Positions 37,025-47,151 of a stretch of DNA of 64,000 nt are shown piece by piece. The stretch spans positions 32,508,881 to 32,572,880 of the forward strand of contig NC_092399.1 in NCBI RefSeq assembly GCF_030028105.1. Direction: 5' to 3'. The translations under genes and the position numbers were made by a program. Each line of letters begins with the position of its first letter. Positions within the stretch are counted from its first letter, which is position 1. A model generated the notes under the pieces. It did no database searches. It was not told where the DNA came from and worked only from the letters and a program-made list of their open reading frames with translations. Source of the DNA: Mobula birostris (taxonomy: Eukaryota).

Positions 37025-37745
37025 ATTATAATAAATTCTTCATTGATCCCGAGTGAGAAATTATTTTGCTACAGCAGCAACATTTAAAAACACACTTAGC
37101 AGTGTTCAGACTTAACTAGTAATAAAGTACAGAATAATAATACTCAATAATAATGTACCAAATGATAAAACAGAGACTATTGTACTATGATGTGTGTTCT
37201 CCTGTTGCACAGAGATGAACTGCTGTATATGCTTATTGCATTTGGTAGGAAAGATTTTCTGTAACGATACTTGTGGCAGCGGAGCTGAATAAGCCTGTTC
37301 GAAAGGGTGCTCCGCTGCTTCTTCAGTAGGTCACGGAGAGGATGTGCCAGATTGTCCATAATGGATAACAGTTTATTTAGTGACCTCCTCCCCACCACTA
37401 ACTCAAAAGAGTCTGGGTTGTAGCCAAGGACAGATCCAGCCTTTTTGATGAGTTTCTTTAGTCTTTTTGCATTACCAGCACCAATGCTGCTCCCCCAACA
37501 TAAAGCTGCAAAAGAAGACTGCACTCGTTACCACAGACTGGTAAAAGATCTCCAACATCCTGCTGCATACATTGAAGGATCTCGTCTTCCTTAGAGTCTG
37601 CTCATCTGCTTCTTGTAAAGAGCCTTGGTGTTGGTTTTCCGCTCAATTCTGTTGACAAGGTGAATATCCAAGTGAGTTCCTCCACCAGCGCAACTTCTTC
37701 TCCCAGAAAGTATAAGGACTCGTCAGTCCTCTTCCTCCTAAGATC
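37025..37745 (-). mobile_element. Rex1-like LINE 3' fragment
   Basis: ORF 37177-37524 FAALCWGSSI...IMDNLAHPL...RYRKSFLPNAISIYS. Confidence 0.8.
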
Positions 37746-37969
37746 AATCACATAGCAGGCCCAGCACTCACTAACCCTAACCTGTGCATCTTCAGAATGT
37801 GGGAGGAAACCAGAGCCCCCAGAGGAAGCCCAGTGGTCACGGAGAGAATGTACGAACTCCTTACAGACAGCGGAGGGATTGAACCCCAGTCTTACAGCTG
37901 GCACTGTATTGACATTACTCTAACTGCTCCACTGCTGTGCCAGTGGGAATGGACATCATTGTATAGTTA

Positions 37970-40900
37970 GCAGTTGCCGAGATCGAGTGTAGAGGCCCAC
38001 TGAAGAGAAGCTTGGGGAAACTCCCAACCCTCTCTGCAGGTGCTTGTTGGTTTTCCTCTACGGCAGTCATGGGGAACTCATAAAGTGCGAAGAGCCAGAG
38101 AAGCCTGGGCAGAATGCCGTATTGGTACAGCCAGGTCTTGAATTTACCGGGAAGTCTGGATTTGTCGATCTTCTTCAGCCATTCGTCTGTCTGATTCACA
38201 GCATTGGTGACATTGGCCCCATCTGTCAGTGACACATTAAACCACTTCCCCAAACATTTTATCAGGTTATCTTCAATGGAAGGGATGACCTCACCCTGAA
38301 CTTGGAGGCTAAACTTGCTAGTAACTTTGCTGTTTCTGATCACCGTGCACCTGGACTTCTTGGCCTTGAAGGACATCCTCGTCCAAGTGGTTACATTACC
38401 CAGGGTTTCCAATACCCATCTTGCTTGGTCATGTGACACAGTTGTTCTAGTGATCTCGTCCATGAACCCTCGTAGAGCCGGCTGAACAATGCCTGACTCT
38501 AGTGTCGGGTCGGGGGTTACATCTTCTGCTGCAGATGATAGGAGGTTCATTCCCATAATAAATAGGATGGGGGAGATGGTGCACCCTGTCGAAATCCCCT
38601 TCTGGAGGTCCTGCCAACTAGTTGTGAAATGAGCTGCTGTAAATCTGAGTTTGAATCCTCCTAGGTAGCTGGTGATCATGTCTCAAATAGTCACTGGGAT
38701 GTGGTAGTGGTCGAGTCCTTCTAGGATAAGGTCATGTGGAATAGACCCGTAGGCATTCGCGAGGTCTAACCAGACAACTGTTAGGTCGCCTTTTTTCTGC
38801 TTGGCCTCACAGATCAAATGGCTAATCATTGAGGTGTATTCCAGACACCCCGAAAAGCCCGGAATACCGCCTTTCTGGATGGATGTGTTGATATAGCGGT
38901 TCTGCATCATGTAAGAAGTCAGCCTTCTTGCGAGCACAGAAAAGAAAATCTTACATTCCACATCCAGGAGAAAAATTGTCCTAAACTGGGCAATTGTGGA
39001 AGAAGCCTCTCCCTTTGGAATAAAGCATCCTTCTGCCAATTTTCAACTTGATGGAATAGTACCTTTGGCCCAGATCTTTCTCATGACCTTCCACAGCCTC
39101 CCAAGAAGTTTTGAGCATTTCTTATACACCTTATAAGGTATGGTGCTTGGACGCGGGGCAGCTGATGCTTTAGCTTTCCGGATGATGTCCTGGATTTCCT
39201 GCCATGTAGGCTCCTTCACATTCAGCTCAATTGATGGATTTTCCGGTCTACGCACAGCCCGATTGGTTCCTGGTCCCTGGCCCCTCCGTGGGTCACTGTG
39301 TGCCTCCCGCAGGAACTCCTCTCCCTCTGGCTTCGAGCTGGATAGCATACCAGATTTTTGTTGGCCCAGAAGAGTCCTGGTGAAGCTGAATGGATCTCTC
39401 ACAAACTGCGCTCGCCTTTTCTCTTTCTTCCTTCTTTGCTGTCGCAGATGTTCCGCCCTCCGGAGTTTGCACAGCTTTTCCCGCAGAATACTGGTTAAGT
39501 CCTTGATGCCTTCTTTTTCAGCTGGTGAGCTGGTTTTAAACCTCTTCTTGAGTGCCTTTAATTCGCCTCTCAAGCAACGAATCTCTGTTTCTCTCCTATC
39601 TGGTTGCCGCAGTAACTCCATCTGGCTTCTCCGCCCCACTGGGCCAAATCGTTCCTTAGCCAGATTTTACGCTATGGCTGTGAGTGAGTCGATCTTTCTG
39701 TCTACTGGACCCGCTAAGGCAACTTCCAGGATGCCGTCTAGATCATCATCGAACTGCATCCAGGCGATGTTGTCTGACGATCTAGGCCAATTGATCCTGT
39801 CTTTCCCTGATGAATGGATCGGGGTAGCTGAAGAGGAACTCACTTGGTCTGTTGTTCGGTGCTGAGGCGACTCAAGTGCGGAGAGATCTTCAGCTCTGTG
39901 GGGTGCTTCCTGGCTGGAATTCTCCTGCGTCTCACCGGACACTAAGTCTGTGTGCTGCACTTGGGTCACCATTGATCCACATCTAGACTTGCTCTGGTGT
40001 ATCTTGAGCCCTCTGATGTTTTTGCAGACTTTCCCGCAATGACACCTTACTGTGAATTCCTCTCCGGTCAGTGTTGTTTGCTTTAGCTTCCTTGTAGTCG
40101 TGTTTCCTGTCCTGGCCGTTGCCGGTATGACAGTCCTGTTGAGTCTCTCATCCTCCCCCACCTCTCGGGAGACTCTGGGGGTATTGCTGTTCGTGTTCAG
40201 TTGTAGCTTGAGTGGTGCCCTCTTGTGAGTGCTGTCCACAAGGTTGCTAGCCTTGTGAGCCCGTGCCAGTCTTTCCTGGAGGTCAGCTGTCTCTCCAGTG
40301 TCACCAACCTTCCTCGGTTGCCATCCAGTCTTTCCTGGAAGCCACTGGTACAAACCAGAGATTACTTGTTACATACACCTGTGAGGGTGCATTCTCCAGT
40401 TACCTTATAAGGTAACCGTAGTCTTCAGCCAGGAGCAGATGTCATCAGGTGGTTCCCAACCTTCACCGAGTGTTTCGACCCTTAACCACGACACTCTCCA
40501 GTTGGTGGGCCGGCAGTGGTGGCCAAATCACTGCCCATCTGCTCCTGGCTTTCAGCTCCCCTCCTCTCGCCTACTCCAAATCCAACAAGAAGCTCGTTCT
40601 GCCTCTTCCCCCATCCTACGAGCTGCTTGTTTTTTGCTCCTATCGTCCAGGCCCAGATCTGACAACAACCGCCACGCTGATTTGGCTGGGAAACCTCTGC
40701 AGCTGATCTCCACAGGGAACAACCATGCCTGCCATCCCTTGTCTTTACACTCCTGCACTAAGGGCTGGTACTTCAAGGCCCTCTCTCGTGGGCCTCTTCC
40801 CATCCCTCCTCCCACGGCACAGTCAGCTCAACCAGAATTACTTTCCTGCCTTCGGTTGACCACAGTACAATGTCCGGGCGTAGGGTTGTGTACACCACAT

Positions 40901-41345
40901 CCGGGAACTGCAACCTCCTTCCCACATTGACCCTCATCTCCCAGGACCTGGCCGTTAGCAGCAGATTGGGCTTTGGTTGTTTGGTTACGAAAGGCCTGGC
41001 TCCCTCTTTGATGAAGGTGATGGCCTTCCTCAAATCTGTGCCAGCCGTCCTCTTCTTGCATCTCTCCCGCTGTAGTGCGTCAGCAAGAGCCAGAAGCACC
41101 TTATCATGGCGCCACCTATACCGTCCTTGAGTTAGAGCTGTTTTACACCCGGACAGTATATGAGCCAGTGTCCCCTTTTGACCACAGAGCTTACAGTTCG
41201 GGTCCTCTCTCATCCCCCATGTGTACAGATGTAATGGTAAAGGAAGGGTGTCATACACGGATCGCAAGAGGAAGGAAATACGGAAGGGCTCCAGTCTCCA
41301 TAACTCTGCCCATGAGATCTTGCACTTGGGCAGATCCCATTTTGT
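37970..41345 (-). mobile_element. HERO-like (R2 superfamily, restriction-like endonuclease) non-LTR retrotransposon, permuted order, inactivated
   Basis: N-terminal zinc finger CHCGKVCKNIRGLKIHQSKSRC; RT motifs QFRTIFLLDVECKIFF, QKGGIPGFSGCLE, WLDLANAYGSIPH, GCTISP, FMDEIT; zinc knuckle CKLCGQKGTLAHILSGC, RWRHD, RPDIV, ILVELTVPWEE. Several stops and frameshifts. Confidence 0.88.
40427..40550 (-). ncRNA. Predicted non-circularly permuted hammerhead ribozyme; predicted cleavage after GUC between 40490 and 40489
   Basis: Intact CUGAUGA (40448-40442), GAAA (40476-40473) and GUC cores with complementary stems I (GUGGUU/AACCAC), II (GGCCC/GGGUC) and III (GAGUG/CACUC), enclosed by a perfect 15-bp stem. 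Confidence 0.75.
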
Positions 41346-41398
41346 TAAGTTACCGTATAAGTTACTGTATTTCCCAGCTAATAATTTCTTTTGTAACA

Positions 41399-41587
41399 GA
41401 CACACAAAATGCTGGAGTAACCCAGCAGGTCAGGCAGCATCTATGAAGAGGAATAAAGAGTTGGCTTTTCAGGGTGAGACCCTTGATGAAGAACCACAGA
41501 TTCTGCCTGACCTGCTGAGTTCCTCCAGCATTTTGTGTGTGTTACTCTTAGATTTTCAGCATCTGCAGTTTCTCTTGTGTTTGTTAA
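41399..41587. repeat. Penelope-derived fold-back element
   Basis: Inverted arms cacacaaaatgctggag and ctccagcattttgtgtg. Confidence 0.75.
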
Positions 41588-41619
41588 ACACTTTTTCTTT
41601 TGGGTTTAGCTTTGTTGTT

Positions 41620-41842
41620 GAGACCCGGCTGGGGGAGTTCGAATCCAGCCGGCTCCCCTGCACGCTTTCCATCCGTGCTGGGTTACGAGCTGGTGATCTC
41701 TTTGGAAACTCACCCAGCAGAAGGCAATGGTAAACCACTGCTGTAAATTGCCTCATACGCGGTTCCCCACTACGTCAGAGAGGCGTGGTGGGAAATCGTC
41801 CACTAACCGGAGAAACTCCAGATGCGAAGTACCTTTCCTTTT
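41620..41842 (+). mobile_element. SINE with tRNA-like B box and RTE-related body
   Basis: gagttcgaatcc B box; the body from tggtgatctcttt onward is shared with the 3' part of 35769-36286. Confidence 0.7.
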
Positions 41843-43230
41843 GTTGTTGAGGAGTATGCATTTGTAAGAACTTTACTTCTTTAAAAAGAATCATAGAGTT
41901 TGTAATATGAGGTCAGACAGATCATTGTTTTAAGTCCAATTCAAAGTTGGGCACCTGAAACAAGTACGGGTCTGTACTGGAAGATCAACCCAGATTCCCT
42001 GAACACAAGGGACGGCTGGGCAGCTGGGGCAAAATCAGACTGCCGGAGAAACTCAACAGCTCAGGCAACATCTGTGGAGGCAAAAGGATGATCAGTGTGT
42101 TGGGTTGGAACCCTGTATCAGGCTGAGTACAAGGAGGTGGGTGGGAGGGTAGAGGTAGGAGCTAGCAGGTGATAGGTGTAACCAGGTGAGGAAGAAGATG
42201 ATGGCCAGATGGAGTTAGTTGTGGGGGGGAGAGGGAGGGTCGGTTGGGTGATGGGGTGGGGGGGGGCGATATGATAAGTGGAAACTCAGGGAGCTGCAGA
42301 TGCTGAATCTTTTAAATATGGAAGGTGGTAGGTGGAACCAGCTAAGGGAGGGATGGGAACAGATGGAACCAGAAGGCGTTATGAGTGGGTGACAGGAGGT
42401 TGGAACCACTGGTGGAAGGAGAGGCTAGCCACAAAATCCTGGGAACTACTGTGACTGCTCTCCTGAGATGAACAGGTGCCCGCCTCACCACCCCCAGGCT
42501 TGGGGGCACGGGTACGCAATATTTTTTTTCTTTCTTTCTGCCTCCTTTACCCAGGCCATTTCACAAGGCCGTTTTACAGATCGCCTGAGTTGCTTTGAGC
42601 CATTTAAGAGTTAACAGAAGTTCTGCCGCAGCTGATGTTCCCAGTGTTTCTTGCCTTTACAGCGTGAGGTCTGCTCAGTTCAGACCAGATACACACACAT
42701 GCCCAAGTAGCAGAGATCATGAGGTCCATGCCAAGTTCTTGACTTGATTGATGAATACGTACATACACAGAATCCCCAGACAGGCTAATAACATACAATT
42801 TATGTAACTGTTTGATCTAGGTGCTGCTCATTATAGTCAATAATACTGTATGGAGACAGTGATGGGGGCAAAAGCTCTCAACAACAATTAGTAACTTTAT
42901 TGGTTGCTATATAATTTGAGTAAAAATCTTTCTGGGTATCCATTCTAACCTGATCCAACTTGAAAAAAGCTGCCCTTCGCATAATTATTTAGAGCTGAGA
43001 ATTAATATAATATACATGCCAGAGAAAATGGCGCCTTGCTCCAGTGTGTCTATCATACCCATACATTACCATGGTTATGATACTAGCAACTGAGTTCAAA
43101 TCCCATCACAGGATGTTTGAATACTTAAATTCAGTTTATACGAGCTGGTAAAAGTGACCTTAAAGTGGCCTTAAGTGATCTTGAAAGAGATTAATTCTAC
43201 CTTTGTTTTACCAATTTATTCCATTCCTTA

Positions 43231-43442
43231 ACCTTCCTTCTACCCTCCTTTTCCCCCAACATGGCAAACTTCACCCATAGGAACCTTCCTTCTACCCTCC
43301 TTTTCCCCCAACATGGCGAACTTCACCCATAGGAATCTTCTTTCTAACCTCCTTTTCCCCCAACATGGCAAACTTCACCCATAGGAATCTTCTTTCTAAC
43401 CTCCTTTTCCCCCAACATAGCGAACTTCACCCATAGGAATCT
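43231..43442 (+). repeat. Minisatellite, 4 x 52 bp
   Basis: Unit accttccttctaccctccttttcccccaacatggcaaacttcacccatagga starting at 43231, 43283, 43335 and 43387. Confidence 0.95.
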
Positions 43443-44915
43443 TTATCTGTACAATTTGATTAGATGCCACTCATGAACTCAAGGATGGAGTGGGTTGCAA
43501 GGATAGGATGAAACCAGTGTGGGGACCGAAGATGGGGGACTGGCTGACAGCAAGGCCAATGTAGTTGCTGTCCCTGGCTGTTAACAGCTTAATTTTACAA
43601 ATGTGGCTGGTTGTTTTGGCAGGATTGCCCACATTTGTCTTCTTTCAATAAATAAAATAATATTTTACCTGTCCAAGAGCAAGAAGCCAGAAATCCGAAA
43701 AAAGAACAAGAAATTCTCAGCAGATCAAACAGCATCTGGGGTAAGGAGTTGATCTTTCACCAGACTAGAAGGAGTAAGAAATTAAACAGGTTCAAACTGG
43801 AGAGGGGTGCAAAGAACACAGAAGAGAAGTTCACTGATCGGGTGGAAACCGGGTGATATTTAACCTTATCTTGAATCTACACAGACAGAGCTAATCCATT
43901 TCAATTCTATGAATGTATTTGGCATTGATTTTGTTTTTCTTTCATGTTGTGGGCTTCACTGGGAACCCTAGTTACCAAGAGAAGGTGAAAGTGGGTTCTT
44001 ATTCTAAATTACTGCAATTTATTTAAGAGGAAACTTGGGAATTAATTGTGTTGGTATAGGACTGCAATTATACACAGATAGAATCAGTGGCAACAGGAGG
44101 TTTCCTAAAGGGAATTAGTCAATCATTTTGACAGCCTGACAATTCCATGGAGCAAAAAGCGATCTGCTGGAGGAACTCAGCATCTGGAAGAAGAAAGGAA
44201 TTGTCAACGTTTCAGGTTGAAAGCTGGCATTGGGATATTTTTCTACACAGGCAACAGTATTGCTGCTGAAAGCAGGTGGTGAACACATGTTAAGAGCATT
44301 CATGAACAAATGAAATGTGAAATATCATAAGAGGAAGAATAGCCACATATTTCAGTTTCTAGAATGAATCTTCCAGAGTTTGATTTCAGATTATACATAT
44401 CATTCATTTTTGTGGAGAAATATTGTTTAATATTATACTTTGCCTAATTTACCACTGTGATATGCAGTTAAATATCAAAAAAAAACTTCCTGAATTCTTT
44501 TTTTAAATCTGGCTAGTAGAAGGGGACAATTATGAATCCACACATTCCAACCTTTCATTCTTCAATCAAAAGAAGCACAAGGTGTACATCATCAGCCTGA
44601 GTCTTTTAATTACTCTGAAAAGTGTTGAGTTCAGTTCAGCTACAGAAAAAAATGGCTTTGAGTATTCTTCAACCTAATTCAAGGAAGTGGGGAGTGCAAT
44701 AACATCTATGCTGGATCACCTGAGTGTCAAGAAAGGTAATATTGACCACAGACTTATTTTCTGCTCATCACTGATGAATGTTGGCAAGTTGTTAGCAGTT
44801 AGACAATGACTCTTTACAGTTATAAGTTGGTGTTCAAAGTTCAAAGTAAATTGATTATCAAAGCATGTATGTATCACCATATACTCCCCTAACGCTCTTG
44901 CAGGTATTCACAGTA

Positions 44916-45410
44916 AGACCATAAGATATAGGAGCAGACGTAGGCCATTCAGCCCATTGAGTCTGCTCCGTCATTCAATCATGGGCTGATCCAATTCTTC
45001 CAGTCATCCCCACTCCCCAATCTTCTCCCCATACCCTTTGATGCCCTGGCCAATCAAGAACCTATCTATCTCTGTCTTAAATGCACCCAATGACTTGGCT
45101 TCCACAGCCGCTCGTGGCAACAAACTCCACAGATTTACCACCCTCTGACTAAAGTAATTTCTCTGCATCTCTGTTCTAAATGGATGTCCTTCAATCCTGA
45201 AGTCGTGCCCTCTTGTCCTAGACTCCCCTACCATGGGAAATAACTTTGCCATATCTAATCTGTTCAGGACTTTTAACATTCAGAATGTTTTCATGAGATC
45301 CCCCCTCATTCTCCTAAACTCCAGGGAATACAGCCCAAGAGCTGCCAGACGTTCCTCATATGGTAACCCTTTCCTTCCTGGAATCATTCTCGTGAACCTT
45401 CTTTGAACCC
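44916..45410 (-). mobile_element. CR1 3' fragment inserted in a Rex1-type tail element
   Basis: ORF 45004-45279 GESRTRGHDFRIEG...YFSQRVVNLWSLLP. Confidence 0.9.
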
Positions 45411-45769
45411 TGTAGAACAAAGAAATACAATAGAATCAATGAAAAACTACACACAAGGACTGACAAGCAACCAATGTGCAAAGAAGACAAGCTGTGTAAA
45501 TACAAAATATAACAAATACTGAGAGTAAATGAATGAGTAAATAAATAATACCGAGAACATGAGTCACAGGGACCTGAGGCTCCCATACCTTCTTCCTGAA
45601 TACAGCAGTGAGAAGAGAGCATGGCCTGGATGGTTCACTACATTGAGCATCTGTGAAAATAAAGTTGTTTTCTAAGGAATATTTCTTTGTCAAAGCCAGA
45701 CTTGTTAATCAGAATCTCCTTGCTCAGCTGCCACACAGTTATTGGCTTCTTCCAAGAAAGGAAGGACTT

Positions 45770-46172
45770 GTTTATATACACACATTCTTTTTCTCTCTCT
45801 CCTTTTTCTCCCTCTGTCCCTCTCACTATACCCCTTGCCCATCCTCTGGACTTTTTCGCCCCTCCCCCTTTGATCTTTCTCCCTGGGCCTCCTGTCTCAT
45901 GATCCTCTCATATCCCTTTTGCCAATCACCTGTCCAGCTCTTGGCTCCATCCCTCCCCCTCCTGTCTTCTCCTATCATTTCGGATCTCTCCCTCCCCCTC
46001 CCACTTTCAAATCTCTTACTAACTCTTCCTTCAGTTAGTCATGACGAAGGGTCTTGGCTCGAAACGTCAACTGTACCTCTTCCTAGAGATGCTGCCTGGC
46101 CTGCTGCGTTCACCAGCAACTTTGATGTGTGTTGCTTGAAATTCCAGCATCTGCAGATTTCCTCGTGTTTGT
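45770..46172 (+). mobile_element. Penelope-like pseudo-LTR fragment
   Basis: Near-identical to 24760-25158; hammerhead remnant gtc ATGACGA...GAAACGTC at about 46035-46073. Confidence 0.88.
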
Positions 46173-46640
46173 GTTCCTTATTTTTGAGTGAGTTAATCTA
46201 GGCAGATATTTAATCTGTACCTCAGAGTATTTTAGATTGTGCTGGACAAAGGAATATTGCAAAAATTTGCCAGGAATTGTTCAACTGTCAGTCAAAAGAT
46301 GAACATGACCAAAACAATATAAAAACGCTAAAATCTAATCATCTTTTTAACTAATACATTGTACTACACGAATGAGATTACTTCCCGACTACTTTTCTAA
46401 TTACAAATACCACTCTATTACCTTCTTGCCAATTTCTCCCCATTTCTTAGAGCCCTTTGCCTTCATTAGGGCTTTGTTCCACATTTAATAGAGATTACTG
46501 TCTACCTACTTAATCCAAGGATCCATTGTTTATGTGGAGCTGAGAGATTAAAGCATTTATGACAGTCAAAGTGCGATCCTCTTTAACCCAACAGCCATGT
46601 ACATGAACTATTAGGCAAAGAAAAGTCCATCTTTTTCACC

Positions 46641-47151
46641 CTCGTCGTCGTTAGGTCGCGTCTGGAATTTCCAGTTGGTGGACGATTTCCCTCCACGCCG
46701 CTCTGACATATTGGGAAATCGTACTTGGCAGGTTACAGCCATGGTTTGCCTTTGCCTTCTGCCGGGTGAGTTTAAAGAGATCACCACCTCTTGCAGCGGA
46801 TGACCATGGTGCCTTGTCTTGCTCTTAGTGCTCACCAATGCCTGCTGGCCTGCCTTCTTGACCATTGGACCATCAATCGGTCTCCTCCGCTCAATCTGCC
46901 ATGGCCAGACTTCACACGCTGGGACGGACAGATCCCCTACCTCACCGAGGGTCAAAGACCCGTCGGCTACTCTCACCTGGTTTGGCCCGTCTGCCGAGAC
47001 GGTTACCAGGGTGTGGCCACTGCGCGTGTTACAGCTACAGTTGAGAGCTGAGCACCAGGTGGGGATCAAGGGTGGACGAGCTGCCCTGAAAAGAGCACGG
47101 CAGGCCCCCCCACCAGAGGTGCTACCCCTGCCTAGACACCCCATACACCCC
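46641..47151 (-). mobile_element. Non-autonomous RTE-related element, copy 2
   Basis: Reverse complement of the 35769-36286 family; same 5' start GGGGTGTATGGGG; short (acg)n tail. Confidence 0.8.

Noticed and set aside
43231-43442. CRISPR-like array
   Set aside because: Contiguous 52-bp units with no unique spacers in eukaryotic DNA; it is a minisatellite.
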